Positions 51,701-62,442 of a stretch of DNA of 64,000 nt are shown here, piece by piece. The notes under the pieces were generated by a model. That model ran no database searches. It was not told the DNA's origin and worked only from the letters and a program-made list of their open reading frames with translations. The translations under genes were made by a program, and so were the position numbers. Source of the DNA: Methanomicrobiaceae archaeon (lineage in GTDB: Archaea; Halobacteriota; Methanomicrobia; Methanomicrobiales; Methanomicrobiaceae); the NCBI GenBank assembly GCA_016928355.1, contig JAFGKW010000045.1, positions 6,625-70,624 of the forward strand. The letters run 5' to 3'. The stretch's first letter is position 1; every line of letters begins with the position of its first letter.

Positions 51701-52724
51701 ATATACACCCGACAGGTTTGTTTGTGAGGTAAACCGGAACAACGAGAACACTCCTTTCAAGGTGAGATTCTACATCATCGTCAAAAAAAACGCCAATTTC
51801 TCCGGTAACGGTCTCTTCAGTCTCTCCCTCTGCGATTATCTGCCCCATTCTGCAGCTCTGATCTATAAGAGAAAAGTCGTCTTCATATTTTTTTGGAAGG
51901 TTACGTGAGGAAAACAGTTGAAATCCCTTTTTTTTGTCATCCATAAGGTATATTCCGACTCCTGAAGTATCTGAAATATTAATCGCAGCATATGATGTGA
52001 ATGACGATGAGGCTTCGATATTTGAACCTCTCAAAAGGGCATGGCTCAGGGCGCTGACAATCTGGCTGTTCTCTTCAGCCATCTTGCGTCTGGTAATATC
52101 TGTTACAATCAGCATGATATATTTTCCAAAGAGCCTTTCAGCCAGAATTAAAAGTTCATTCTTTTCCCCATCAGGAGATTCATATTCAAGCTCAAATCCA
52201 GCTGTGTTATCCACACCTCCGGGATCGCTTTCGAAAATTTGCTGGATTGTGTCCCTGGTATTATCAAGTAGAAGATCCGGGTCATATTTAAAAGAAGGAC
52301 TTTTTTCGACGACTGCACCTTTTTCAAAGTCGTATATGCATATCCCCCTTGTCGTATTCTCGAGAAGGCTGTAATACTTCTTTTCATTATAGCGGATATC
52401 ACTGATAATGGCCGAGAGAAAGATACTGATACTAATGAATACATAGAACTGGATCATTGCGGGGACAAGTCCGGAAAATTCAGGAGAGGTTAAAAGGGCA
52501 TAAAAGACAAGAAACCCCATCCCTATAAAACTATTTATTATTGTACTTCTTTCAGGATAAATCAGGGCTACCAGGACTATTATTATAAAAAGAATCTGCG
52601 ATACAACAACAAACGGCTCTTTTGAGAGAAGAAAAATGACTATCTCAGATAAAAAAAATGTAACGAGAACAATCAGTGAAAGCCCGAACAGTTGCCTTTT
52701 CCACAGAAATATACCAAAGTCCAC
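48774..52724 (-). CDS. Membrane-anchored multi-PAS/GAF histidine kinase (HisKA_2)
   Basis: N-terminal TMs, PAS/GAF repeats, EVHHRVKNNLQ, NSIKYA, DDGVG. Confidence 0.93.
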   Translation of the reverse strand: MDFGIFLWKRQLFGLSLIVLVTFFLSEIVIFLLSKEPFVVVSQILFIIIVLVALIYPERSTIINSFIGMGFLVFYALLTSPEFSGLVPAMIQFYVFISISIFLSAIISDIRYNEKKYYSLLENTTRGICIYDFEKGAVVEKSPSFKYDPDLLLDNTRDTIQQIFESDPGGVDNTAGFELEYESPDGEKNELLILAERLFGKYIMLIVTDITRRKMAEENSQIVSALSHALLRGSNIEASSSFTSYAAINISDTSGVGIYLMDDKKKGFQLFSSRNLPKKYEDDFSLIDQSCRMGQIIAEGETEETVTGEIGVFFDDDVESHLERSVLVVPVYLTNKPVGCIFAVSEKGKKFSESSKNSFESIAHIFGSALKRIRAENEILSIKTNLESLFESLDDFIFVSDMEGKILHTNSIVSRKLGYTPRELEMMNISGIHGHQSYDSFSNEIEGLISGRKDSLSFDLVKSGGDLIPVEMKAVMGKWKESEAVFVIDRDVTVRKKHEDEIRSRDAILDAVSIIAENFLRADKWEDNIYESLERLGKASGVASVSLFETKRVLEGSFTPDKIYKWVNEKYRFIPEMESFSKLSLFDEWPGKSHYSREGENIIFMDLLSLSEDDRRIFERLKIETILAVPLVVDGSFRGFMCLVEGRKRIWSATETEAIMIAGDIISSAIKRTETDEIFRNPIERSLVGVFLIQDHILSYVNPKFAEMIGYSREELIGKVNIIDLVHPDFRHMIYDETKRIESLFVDKIDEKLPDFHFEVIGVRKDGSLIDVEVYGSYMFHRGGLSFIGMAVDITSRKEAERKLYESTERLDLALKSTKLGIFDWNIRDDKLSYNDALFTMLGYTPEDYEEGRMSFGHILHPDDREEKERRLNDHLDGRTPGYEAEYRMKAKSGEWRWISVKGEVVERDSSGKAVRITGTHLDITERKNSDEKIRHLNKVLKAVRNVNELIVRETDIEKLIKGASEMLVETRGYLDAWVILTDSYGSYLDSSGSGDREDIGEIIRNTKSGNPPQVLINALRTSEIISLSELNGPEISGDAREIKGELLCRRLQYGDDIFGVIIISIPVGLSDDKDELALFNELASDISFAIHDIILQKERKNYEEEILKSLEEKTVLLQEVHHRVKNNLQIISGLIKMQSRSIADVSARDSLLRCENRIMALAMVHEALYRSDNLSEISAGEHFINLAQILVDSLAFSEFKDISLKTDVKRVNLPINVAIPCSLIINEVISNSIKYAFAGRDSGELSLIFRIEGDHYRLEISDDGVGVPEDFDLEKSKSLGMRLIRRLALEQLRGTIEIRTGEGTSFIFMFPIHPD

Positions 52725-52852
52725 GATACTCAGTTACAAATTAAGATCCATTTATAGTTTTCCAGTTGGTTCGTAACGCCCTGAATTAAACAGATCAATG
52801 AACATTTACGGCGTCAATGATAAATTCCCGGCCTGCCTGTGTAACAGAGCAG

Positions 52853-55800
52853 TCAGAATTCAAGGGGGACTTTTATTATCCATTCAGTCCCTTTTCCACG
52901 CCCAAGCGAGACCCTCCCCTCAAGCTGGGAGGTCACGATATTCCTTACAAGGCTTAATCCGAGAGTACGTGCCTGATCCAGACAGAAATCCCCGGGAATA
53001 CCTGTACCCATGTCTTTGACCCGTATTTCAAGACAGTTCTCCCTCCTGGTAAGACTGATCGTTATTATACCGTCCTTTCCTTCAGGATATGCATATTTTA
53101 TGGCATTGATCAACAGTTCATTGATAACAAGACTGATCGGAGTTGCAAGGTTAAGGTCCAGTTCAACATCATCCCCTTCAATCTCAAGACAAAGCCTCTG
53201 ATCAGGATCGTAATTACCAAGAATTTCAGCCCCGATCTTTTTAAAATTCTCCTTTGCCGAAATGCTGGATATCGAATCCGACCTGTAAAGACCTTCATGT
53301 ACAGCTGCAATTGAAAAAATTCTCGACCTCGCCATCAGCAGGCCCTCTCTTACCTCTTTATGATCCATATTCCTGATCTGCATCATCAGAAGAGAGTTAA
53401 TGAGGGCAAGATTGTTCTTTACACGATGGTGAACCTCCTCAAGGAGCAGGGTCTTTTCATGAAGGGATCTTTCCAGCTCCTCTTTTGCACGGGTCTCATC
53501 CTCGATATCGATAAGGAAATTGAGGGTTGCAGGCCTTCCTCCCCATTTAATTAGAGTGGTTGTCAGATCATGAACTCTCTGTTCCCCGTCCTGGGAAAAA
53601 CACTCAATCTTATAATTCATAGGGAGACCCTGCTCCCCGGAAAGTCTCCTTTTGTGATAATCAGAGACTTTTCCAAGGTGATTTGGGCATATAAACATGT
53701 CAAAACTGCTGCCTTCCAGATCTCCCGGTGCAATACCAAGGAAATCAAAGAGACACTGGTTTGCATAGACAATTCTTCCGTCCTGGGCAATGAGGATCTT
53801 GACCTTTATATTCTCAACAAGCTGCCTGTATCTCTCTTCGCTTTCCATGAGGGTTTTTTCGGCCACTTTTTTATCTGAGATATCATAGGCCAGTCCGGCA
53901 GTCCCGGTAATCCTTCCCTCCTTATCCCTGAAGGGCTGGACATAAATGTATAAATCCCTGCCATGGTAGCTGCATTCAAGATCAAATGAATGGCCTTCAA
54001 GAGCACTCGAATAGTAAATTACGGCATTTTCAGGGGATATCCGTATGCTATCTGAGATCTCTTTTATCATATTCCTGATATCAAATCCCCTGATACTCTC
54101 AGGTGTAAAGCCAATATCCTTCAGGGGATCTCCAACAGCATAACTTATCTTCAGGTCCTCATCGGTTGTCCAGACAATTACAGGCATCTGGTTTACGAGA
54201 AGTGCTGAAAGCTCCTCGCTCCTCCTCAGCGATTCTTCAGCTCGGACCCTGTCGGTGATGTCAAGGACGATTCCGCCTATTGACCTCCCTTCATCTTCAG
54301 ACTCTACAGGGAATTTCAGGACATTGTAGATGCGCTCCCGGCCGTCTGCGAGACTTACTTTGTCTATCCGGTTCTGAAAACCTTCATTAAGAGCCTTCAG
54401 ATCAGATTCGGCGATAACTTTCGGATCCATATTCCTGAAGATATCAGCCTCTTTTTTGCCCAGCCAGTCCTCTGTATAGATATCATCATTGAGAGACTTG
54501 TTGGAGTTTACATACCTGATGAATCCGTCTGAAGATTTTATGAACGCATGTCCGGGAAGTGCATTCATGAAGGTCTTGAAACGTTCGTTCAGCTCTCTGA
54601 GATTGTCTTCGATGTCTTTTCTTTTGGTCTCGTCCCTTGCACAGCCGACAATCCCGATAAGGTTTCCCTCATCATCGTAGAACGGGGCCCTGTAAACATC
54701 CAGGTACTTCTTTTTACCCCTGATATAGAACCCTGATTCAATATTGACGGGCAGACCGGTTGTTAGTACCTGCGAATCCACATCCCTCTCATCTATATCG
54801 ACAGTAAACCAGAACGGATCATCAGGCCGGCCGGAGCGTTCTCTTTCGGAAAAATATTCTATATTCTTTCCAACCGGCTCATCCGTATCATCTGCATTCA
54901 GGATCTGTTCAGCAAATGTCCTGTTGACGAAATCGTATCTTTGATCCTTTCCCTTAACCCAGATAGCATCAGGAACATTGTCGCACATAAGCCTCATCAT
55001 CTTATAGAGACTCCGGTACTCCTCTTCCCTCTTTACAAGGGCGTCCTTCATTCTCTTCTGGTTTAACGCAGAGCCGATGATGCTTGCAGCCGTCATCAGG
55101 GCCTCATTCTCAATCTCAGAGCATGAACCGGCTTTCCGGCTCATCTCAATAGACATGAAGCCCCACCAGAAACTTCCACAGAATAGCGGGATGTTAATAA
55201 TCTGACCAGCGCCTGAAGACAACGGACTTTCAGTGCCGCTTTCCGGGTATCCGCCTTTGAGCCCGGTAATCTTACCGGCAGATATTACTTTCTCAAGATC
55301 CAGAGAGGAATCGTCATATATGAAGTCATCCCGAAGATCCGTCCGGTTCCCGGAATAATCCTCTGCAAACCATGTATAACCGGGTTTTGCACCAACTATC
55401 TTCCCTGAAGTACTATAGTTTCGATAAAGACGGATAGATTGTGATTCAATCGCCTTTCCAAGAAGATCGACCGTCTTTTTAAGACTCTCCTCAAAAGGCT
55501 CTTTTGAGAGGAAAAGTGTTGCAGCGCTGTTTACAGCCTTCAGGATGCTGTCCTTTTTAAGGAGCTCCTTTTCATATTTGAAGGTATTGTACTTATTGAC
55601 CGCAAGCTCGATACTGCTCTGAATTTCTACAAGATCAAACGGCTTTTTAATGAAACCGTATGACCACGGCTCAACAAGCCTTTCGGTATCTGCCGGATTT
55701 CCATATGCACTGACAAAAATTACCGGAACTTCAAGCAGTGAGTTTATCTCCCTTGCAGCATCGATACCATCCGATTTGCTCTTTCCAAGAGAGATATCCA

Positions 55801-55957
55801 TTATTATAATATCGGGGGCGGTCTCATGTGCCGCTCTCACTGCCTCCTCATAACTCCTGGCAGTGCCGCAGATTTCATATTTAAGGACCTTAAGGATTCT
55901 CCTGTAACTTCTGAGCATTCCTTCTTCGTCATCTACTACAAGAACCCTGATGGTCAT
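52853..55957 (-). CDS. Hybrid REC-GAF-PAS histidine kinase (HisKA_2)
   Basis: N-terminal REC, EVHHRVKNNL, NAIKYA, DMGTG. Confidence 0.93.
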   Translation of the reverse strand: MTIRVLVVDDEEGMLRSYRRILKVLKYEICGTARSYEEAVRAAHETAPDIIIMDISLGKSKSDGIDAAREINSLLEVPVIFVSAYGNPADTERLVEPWSYGFIKKPFDLVEIQSSIELAVNKYNTFKYEKELLKKDSILKAVNSAATLFLSKEPFEESLKKTVDLLGKAIESQSIRLYRNYSTSGKIVGAKPGYTWFAEDYSGNRTDLRDDFIYDDSSLDLEKVISAGKITGLKGGYPESGTESPLSSGAGQIINIPLFCGSFWWGFMSIEMSRKAGSCSEIENEALMTAASIIGSALNQKRMKDALVKREEEYRSLYKMMRLMCDNVPDAIWVKGKDQRYDFVNRTFAEQILNADDTDEPVGKNIEYFSERERSGRPDDPFWFTVDIDERDVDSQVLTTGLPVNIESGFYIRGKKKYLDVYRAPFYDDEGNLIGIVGCARDETKRKDIEDNLRELNERFKTFMNALPGHAFIKSSDGFIRYVNSNKSLNDDIYTEDWLGKKEADIFRNMDPKVIAESDLKALNEGFQNRIDKVSLADGRERIYNVLKFPVESEDEGRSIGGIVLDITDRVRAEESLRRSEELSALLVNQMPVIVWTTDEDLKISYAVGDPLKDIGFTPESIRGFDIRNMIKEISDSIRISPENAVIYYSSALEGHSFDLECSYHGRDLYIYVQPFRDKEGRITGTAGLAYDISDKKVAEKTLMESEERYRQLVENIKVKILIAQDGRIVYANQCLFDFLGIAPGDLEGSSFDMFICPNHLGKVSDYHKRRLSGEQGLPMNYKIECFSQDGEQRVHDLTTTLIKWGGRPATLNFLIDIEDETRAKEELERSLHEKTLLLEEVHHRVKNNLALINSLLMMQIRNMDHKEVREGLLMARSRIFSIAAVHEGLYRSDSISSISAKENFKKIGAEILGNYDPDQRLCLEIEGDDVELDLNLATPISLVINELLINAIKYAYPEGKDGIITISLTRRENCLEIRVKDMGTGIPGDFCLDQARTLGLSLVRNIVTSQLEGRVSLGRGKGTEWIIKVPLEF

Positions 55958-56065
55958 TCATTCACTCCTGAAAAAACTTATTCTGTGATCCACAAAGAGT
56001 CATCCTGATAATATATGATCATTACAGATCGAAAAAATTACTTTTTTATTAATTCTGACCGGGGA

Positions 56066-56518
56066 TTATTTTATTACCAGCGTTGAAACGGGACTGTGAT
56101 CCGATACATACCTGGATACACTTCCGAGAATCAGCCTGCTGCCAAGACCCTTGCCTGTTGAGCCGATAACTATCAGATCTGAATCGATCTTTGAGGCAAG
56201 ATCAAGTATTGCATGTCTGGGATCTCCTCCCTCCACGTGCAAAGTAAAAATGACCTCCTTCTCCCTGCAGATCCGGTCTATCATCTTCACGGCCTCATCC
56301 CTGTTCTTCTCCAGAAATCTTCTGCTGATCTCGTGGGGAGAGTCCACACCGCCATAAGAGGTTTCGGCCTCTATTGCCTTAAAAGCGTTAATATTCAGTA
56401 TATGGACCACATGCAGTTCTGTATTTTCGGCCATACAGTCATCGATTGCTGTTAAAAGAGCCTTTTCTGACTGTACGGAACCGTCGCAAGCAACAAGAAT
56501 CCTTGAAAACATAATCAT
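56066..56518 (-). CDS. Universal stress protein
   Basis: ILVACDGS, 'GDP', 'LIVIGS.G', 'LGSVS'. Confidence 0.93.
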   Translation of the reverse strand: MIMFSRILVACDGSVQSEKALLTAIDDCMAENTELHVVHILNINAFKAIEAETSYGGVDSPHEISRRFLEKNRDEAVKMIDRICREKEVIFTLHVEGGDPRHAILDLASKIDSDLIVIGSTGKGLGSRLILGSVSRYVSDHSPVSTLVIK

Positions 56519-56642
56519 TCTCTTCTTTTTTGGCTACTTATTATTTTTTAATTATGGGGCCTGGCATGCAGCTTAACAAAAGATTATAATATCTGAAAAT
56601 CCCTGTTAAAATATCGACAGTCTTCACCAGGAGTTTTTATGA

Positions 56643-56831
56643 ATGTGGGTACTGGTACGCAAACCTGATGGCACAGAACAGGAGATCGACATCTCCGAAG
56701 AGACATATCTTGAGATTGGAGATATTCTTGAAGACGGATCTGTAGTCTTGGAGATAAGGGATCCCGATGAGGATGACGACCTGATAGAACTTGGATTTTT
56801 TTCTGATGAACGGGATGAAGACCTGCTTTGA
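56643..56831 (+). CDS. Small acidic hypothetical protein
   Basis: 62 aa, very Asp/Glu-rich, AGGAG upstream. Confidence 0.6.
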   Translation: MWVLVRKPDGTEQEIDISEETYLEIGDILEDGSVVLEIRDPDEDDDLIELGFFSDERDEDLL

Positions 56832-56945
56832 AAAAATAACGATCAGGTGAATAAAAGGGACATAGGCATATGGGGACTCTAATCCCGGGATTTGTAGAGC
56901 AGTATAAATTAATCGGGGTCAAATATTTTTCAGGAGTCCTGGAAT

Positions 56946-57887
56946 ATGAATAATGAAAATATCATAGAGGTGAGCGGGCTTTCCCATTCATACGATGACC
57001 TCAGGGCCGTCGACAATATCAGCTTCAGGGTAAAAAAAGGAGAGATTTTTTCATTTCTCGGTCCGAATGGAGCAGGAAAGAGCACTGCAATCAACGTACT
57101 TATCACCCTTCTGCCGCTTCAGAAAGGAGAGGTATTTATTGCCGGCCATAATTTAAGCAGCAGCCCAAAATATGTCAGGGATTCAATAGGCATCGTTTTT
57201 CAGGAGATAACCCTTGACCGTGATATGACTGTAAGAGAGACCCTTGAATTTCATGGAAATCTCTACTCCATGGGACGGGACGAGATCGGGTCGAGGATCG
57301 AAGAACTGCTCGGACTCGTTGAACTCTCGGACAAAAAGGACATCCTAACGAAGAATCTTTCAGGGGGTATGAAGAGGCGGCTGGAGATTGCAAGGGGACT
57401 TATGACAAGGCCGAAGGTTCTTTTTTTAGACGAACCGACGATCGGTCTCGACCCCCAGACGCGGAGAAAGACCTGGGATTATCTCAGGATGGTCAACGAT
57501 GAGGGGACTACAATCTTCCTGACCACTCATTACATGGACGAGGCTGATATACTCTCGGACTGGATCTCGATAATCGACCACGGCAGGATTATCGCATCAG
57601 GGACTCCTGAAGATCTTAAAAACAGCCTGGGAGAGGACATCATCTGCCTTGAGACCGCTGACACGGAACTGGCCAAAACGGCGATTATCAATTATGATGG
57701 CATAAAATCAATAACAGAGTCAGGAGAGGGACTTGTAATAATGACAGACCGGGACGGGGCGCAGATACTCCCGGAGATTATCTCCGGACTGAACAGGGAT
57801 GAGATCACGATCTCATCGGTAAACCTGAAAAAACCGTCCATGGATGATGTTTTCATGCATTATACCGGAAAGGAGCTAAGAGACTGA
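56946..57887 (+). CDS. ABC exporter ATPase (DrrA-like)
   Basis: GPNGAGKS, LSGGMKRR, LDEPT, TTHYMDEA. Confidence 0.95.
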   Translation: MNNENIIEVSGLSHSYDDLRAVDNISFRVKKGEIFSFLGPNGAGKSTAINVLITLLPLQKGEVFIAGHNLSSSPKYVRDSIGIVFQEITLDRDMTVRETLEFHGNLYSMGRDEIGSRIEELLGLVELSDKKDILTKNLSGGMKRRLEIARGLMTRPKVLFLDEPTIGLDPQTRRKTWDYLRMVNDEGTTIFLTTHYMDEADILSDWISIIDHGRIIASGTPEDLKNSLGEDIICLETADTELAKTAIINYDGIKSITESGEGLVIMTDRDGAQILPEIISGLNRDEITISSVNLKKPSMDDVFMHYTGKELRD

Positions 57888-57888
57888 G

Positions 57889-58740
57889 GTGAAAAGAATG
57901 AAAATGGGATTTTTAAACGTTTACAAAAGAGATATGACAAGATTCTTCAGGTTCAAGCATCAGCTCTTCTCATCCCTTCTCCAGCCTGCATTATGGCTGG
58001 GATTCTTCGGAATGGCAATGGCCGGAAACTTCGACAGGATACTCAGCAGCACGGGAACAGCCGTACCGGCTGGTGTCATGAGCGTAGATTACCTGACATT
58101 TATGTGTGCGGGAGTCATAGCGGCGACCATCCTTTTTACAAACATATATGGAGGATTTATACTGCTCTTTGACAAGAACTGGGGAATATTAAGGGAGATT
58201 ATCGCAAGTCCCATGCCAAGGAGAGACCTCATCACCGGGATCGCGATGTCAGGAATCACGAAATCCTGGATACAGTCACTGATAGTGATCCTCTTCGGGC
58301 TTCTTCTCGGGGTCTCTTTCTTCTCGGGAAAGGGGCCCCTTGAAATACTGATCTCATTTGCAGGGATCTTTATATTCATTGCTCTCTTCGCAATGGCGTT
58401 TATATGTATATCCGCATTCATCGCACTGAAGATGGATTCTCCCGAGGGTTTTCAGGGCATATCGACACTCCTGACGATGCCGCTCTTCTTTGTGTCAAAC
58501 GCACTCTACCCGGCGACAGGCCTCCCGCCTGTACTCCAGCAGGTTGCGATGATCAACCCGCTGACACACCTGACGGCCGGGATCAGGTATTTTGCCATAG
58601 GTGACAATTTCTCGGCGATTGGAATGCAGTTTGTATACACACCGGGTGAGATTCTCATATCACTCCTTTACCTCGCGTTTTTTGCAGGGATTATGTTCCT
58701 CCTAGCGTGGAGGACCGTGGATAAAGTTGTCATCACATAG
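57889..58740 (+). CDS. ABC-2 type permease
   Basis: Six TM segments, 'NPLTH'. Confidence 0.92.
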   Translation: MKRMKMGFLNVYKRDMTRFFRFKHQLFSSLLQPALWLGFFGMAMAGNFDRILSSTGTAVPAGVMSVDYLTFMCAGVIAATILFTNIYGGFILLFDKNWGILREIIASPMPRRDLITGIAMSGITKSWIQSLIVILFGLLLGVSFFSGKGPLEILISFAGIFIFIALFAMAFICISAFIALKMDSPEGFQGISTLLTMPLFFVSNALYPATGLPPVLQQVAMINPLTHLTAGIRYFAIGDNFSAIGMQFVYTPGEILISLLYLAFFAGIMFLLAWRTVDKVVIT

Positions 58741-58795
58741 CCGGGAAGCAGGAAAGATAAGGATTCAAAACATAATTTACCGGGAGAACAGGAAC

Positions 58796-59368
58796 ATGAA
58801 GAAAGTTATACTACTCAACGGAAGCCCCCGTGCAGGCGGGAATACAGAGATCCTCTGCAGGGCCTGTGCAGAGGCCATTGAGAAGAACGGATGTGAGGCA
58901 GAGATTATCTCATTTCGGGGAAAATCATTCAGGTCATGCATCGCCTGCAACAAGTGCAAAGAGAATCCGGGCGAATGCGCAATAAAGGAAGACGGCCTTA
59001 ATGAGATTATTGAGAAGATAAAGAAAGCCGAAGGGCTTATAGTCGCATCTCCGGTATATTTCGGAACTGCAAGGGGAGATATGATGTCGGCGATACAGAG
59101 GATTGCAATGGTCTCATATGGCGGTGACCGGTTCTTATCAGGCATGGTCGGGGGTCCGATCGCAGTCGGAAGACGCGGAGGCCATACAGCAACAATACAG
59201 GAGCTCCTGATGTTCTATTTCATTAACGATATGATAGTCGCCGGCTCGGATTACTGGAATATCGCATTCGGAAAACTCCCCGGAGAGGTAGAAGAAGACT
59301 CTGAAGGTCTTGCGGTCATTGCAAAATTCGGCGGAAACGTAGCGAATATTATCAACAAACTGAACTAA
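58796..59368 (+). CDS. Iron-sulfur flavoprotein (Isf)/flavodoxin family
   Basis: GSPR..GNT, CIACNKC-x5-C, SPVYFG. Confidence 0.92.
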   Translation: MKKVILLNGSPRAGGNTEILCRACAEAIEKNGCEAEIISFRGKSFRSCIACNKCKENPGECAIKEDGLNEIIEKIKKAEGLIVASPVYFGTARGDMMSAIQRIAMVSYGGDRFLSGMVGGPIAVGRRGGHTATIQELLMFYFINDMIVAGSDYWNIAFGKLPGEVEEDSEGLAVIAKFGGNVANIINKLN

Positions 59369-59395
59369 AGGATGGTATAAATCCACATACGGTTT

Positions 59396-60238
59396 ATGGA
59401 AGAATTAATTATAAGGAAGGCTAAGCCGGCAGAAGTCGCCATTTTCATCGACAGGGCAGGAAAAGAAGGCTGGAATCCCGGAATTCATGATGGAGAGGCC
59501 TTTTATGCAGCCGACCCGGACGGCTGGTTCGTAGCAACAGCAGGCGAAGAGATTGCAGGAACACTGGTTCTTACAAACTATGACGATTCTTTTTCCTTTG
59601 GTGGTTTTTTCATCATAAAGGAGGAATTTCGACATCGAGGAGCCGGCTGGAAACTCTGGAGCACTGCAATTAAACATGTAGGCGACAGGAACCTGGGAGG
59701 TGACGGCGTTTACGAGATGCAGGATAAATATACGAAAAATGCAGGCTTTAAGTTTGCATACAGGAATATCAGATGGGAGGGAACTGCAGCAGGAAAGCTT
59801 CAGGAAGAACTTATTGAAGTGAAGGATCTTGCCTTCAGAGACATTTTGGATTATGATTCCCTTCACTTTCCCTCCAGAAGAGAAGATTTCCTTGAAAAAT
59901 GGCTTAATATGCCGGATTCAACCGCACTTGCATACACAGGTGCAGAAGGGAGAGTATCCGGATACGGAGTTATCAGAAAATGCCTGAGCGGCCATAAGAT
60001 AGGCCCGCTGTTTGCCGAAACAACGGAAATTGCTGAAATACTCCTGGATGGACTCACATCAACAATAGAAAATGAAACATTTTACCTCGACACACCGGAA
60101 TTAAACCTGGAAGCTGTAAAAATTGCCAGGCAGAGACACATGAATGAAGTTTTTGGAACTGCAAGAATATATACCGGAAATGCCCCAAAACTCCCATTAG
60201 AGAATATATTCGGAGTTACATCCTTTGAACTCGGGTAA
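59396..60238 (+). CDS. GNAT acetyltransferase (two-domain)
   Basis: 'EGWNPG', 'FRHRGAG', 'KIGPLFA', C-terminal 'TSFELG'. Confidence 0.9.
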   Translation: MEELIIRKAKPAEVAIFIDRAGKEGWNPGIHDGEAFYAADPDGWFVATAGEEIAGTLVLTNYDDSFSFGGFFIIKEEFRHRGAGWKLWSTAIKHVGDRNLGGDGVYEMQDKYTKNAGFKFAYRNIRWEGTAAGKLQEELIEVKDLAFRDILDYDSLHFPSRREDFLEKWLNMPDSTALAYTGAEGRVSGYGVIRKCLSGHKIGPLFAETTEIAEILLDGLTSTIENETFYLDTPELNLEAVKIARQRHMNEVFGTARIYTGNAPKLPLENIFGVTSFELG

Positions 60239-60359
60239 GTCATAAACCATATATGAGTTTATACAACAGATTTAGATAAGTTTGCAAAAAAATAGCGGGT
60301 TTTTAGAGGAGATAATCTCCTCTCATGCGGGGCATTCACTTTTTGCCAGACACTCTTAT

Positions 60360-60542
60360 TCAATCAGCTTCGTCCCTTTCTGAAACAAATGAAATTACAT
60401 CGCCGGATTTGATGCACTGACTGTAATTAAGTGATGATGTGCTGTACCCGCTGTTGGGCCAGTACTCATCATGTTCATACAGATCACTGTATTCCATCGG
60501 TTTGAAGACTTCGGACAGACCGTTAAAATGTATATGAACCAT
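60360..60542 (-). CDS. Small hypothetical protein
   Basis: 60 aa, GGAG just upstream, isolated in an AT-rich intergenic region. Confidence 0.45.
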   Translation of the reverse strand: MVHIHFNGLSEVFKPMEYSDLYEHDEYWPNSGYSTSSLNYSQCIKSGDVISFVSERDEAD

Positions 60543-60935
60543 TTCTCCAAATCAAAGATTTATTAGAGCCACATAAATAGTTGGTGGTCATGACAGAAGA
60601 AAAATCAGGAGATTTTTGATTTTTAGGAGGATTTAATAGCCCCAATCCGGAATTAGAGAATATATGTAGAATATTCGTATAAAAACGACAGATTTATATA
60701 AAAAATCAACCAGGAAAATTATGAATGAAAAGATTATATAACTAACAACAAATTAAACCCTAATATGAGCCTTTTTAAAATATAATCCGGAAATCGGGGA
60801 CTGAAGACGCGCGCAGACAGGAGATCGCACAGGAAAATCCGGCTTCGTTTCGGGCAGATTCCCAGATGAAAAATGGCGTGCCCGCAGCAGAGGAGTTCCA
60901 CGGAATTGAGCCTGATTAAAAACCTAAAAATTTCT

Positions 60936-62399
60936 TTATTCAACATTATTTCCCCCAATCTCTCCTCCGGTCCCGGAATCTGTATCCGAGAGGTTGTCAA
61001 AACCTCCTGCAGATTCAACATATTTCTTTATTCTCTCATACTCAAGCCATTTCATATCGATACTATAGAGCTGTTCTGAAATTTCGGAGAGTAATGCAGA
61101 TATCTGCATGGATTCAAAGGACGGGCTGATCTTTGAGGCATGCTTTTTTATCATATTCAGCGGTTCCTTCAGCCCTGCACAGAGGTCTCCAATTTCTTCT
61201 ACATTTCGGGTGTATGCACGAAGACTGATGGCCAACTTTTCATTTCTCTCCTCGAATTCGATAAACCTCGTGATATCGGACATTATTATGGCCGCATACG
61301 CAATTCTGCCATTCTCATACAGAGGAATCGTCTCAATCCTGTATGTCCTCAGCTCATTGTCAGTCTTCCACGATCTCTCGCGGACATACCCGGTCCCGGA
61401 CTGAAAAGTCTCTTCAAAGTCATACTCTCCCCCAAATACTGAATGTGGGAGAAAAGAAAATGCAGGCCCTTCACTTTTATTCGGGCTGATTCCTGCCTTT
61501 TCACACAGTTCACCAAAAGCCCTGTTGAAAAGGACTATATGGATACCGGAATCGATCATGAATACCGGATTTTCCACTGCATCAAGAATGATCCTATAAT
61601 GCCCTGCCACATCCCCTTCAGTCTTTACCGGAACATCACCGGAGGGTATGAATACAAAGAAGAACTCGGCAGGATTCCATCGCCCGGGCCTCACATACCC
61701 TACGTTCATTGAGATCTCTTTCTTTTCGCCTGATTTTGTGACAAGCATGAGATCGTCGACCCACGAGAGGAGGGCCCTCTTCTCAAATACATCTTTCTTC
61801 AGCGAATCCATTGCAGACTGAAGCTTCTCCCTGTCAAGACAAAAAATGTCAAAGAAACTGTTCCCGATAACCTCGTCCCTGGTCCTTCCGCCGAAAACCT
61901 CTGCAGCAGAGTTTATCCTTGTCACGATCCCTTTCTCATCGGTAGCGACAACCGGTTCGGATACGAAGTTCAGGGTGGAATCCACTGCCTCCTTCGGCCC
62001 TGTATCCACCTTCTTCATAATCCTGTGCTTGTGAAGCGTAATCTCGATGTTACTGTAGAGTTCCCTGTCATTGAAGGGCTTTATGAGATAACCAAATGCA
62101 TTCGTCTTCAGTGCTCTCTCCAGTGTCGCCTCGTCGGAATGAGCTGTGAGGTATATTACAGGAATATCATAACTGGAATAAATCCGGTCCGCAGCTTCAA
62201 TTCCATCCATATCCCCTTTAAGAATTATATCCATTAAGACAAGATCCGGTTTCAGATCCCGGGCCATCTCGATCGCCTCTGCTCCGCTGGCCGCCTCACC
62301 CACTACATTATACCCGAGGCTCTTCAGGGTCTCGGATATTTCAAGTGCAACAAGAGCCGAATCTTCGACAATCAGTATTTTTTTATTCATATTCCACAC
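60936..62399 (-). CDS. Response regulator, REC-PAS-PAS with degenerate HisKA-like tail
   Basis: ILIVED, LMDI, KPF; two PAS-like segments; no HATPase motifs. Confidence 0.88.
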   Translation of the reverse strand: MWNMNKKILIVEDSALVALEISETLKSLGYNVVGEAASGAEAIEMARDLKPDLVLMDIILKGDMDGIEAADRIYSSYDIPVIYLTAHSDEATLERALKTNAFGYLIKPFNDRELYSNIEITLHKHRIMKKVDTGPKEAVDSTLNFVSEPVVATDEKGIVTRINSAAEVFGGRTRDEVIGNSFFDIFCLDREKLQSAMDSLKKDVFEKRALLSWVDDLMLVTKSGEKKEISMNVGYVRPGRWNPAEFFFVFIPSGDVPVKTEGDVAGHYRIILDAVENPVFMIDSGIHIVLFNRAFGELCEKAGISPNKSEGPAFSFLPHSVFGGEYDFEETFQSGTGYVRERSWKTDNELRTYRIETIPLYENGRIAYAAIIMSDITRFIEFEERNEKLAISLRAYTRNVEEIGDLCAGLKEPLNMIKKHASKISPSFESMQISALLSEISEQLYSIDMKWLEYERIKKYVESAGGFDNLSDTDSGTGGEIGGNNVE

Positions 62400-62442
62400 G
62401 AATCTTCGAATTATTTTTCATTATCTGCCGTTGAATGCAATA

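Noticed and set aside
60780-60930. GC-rich intergenic patch as possible ncRNA
   Set aside because: No convincing stems, tRNA motifs or second copy found by eye
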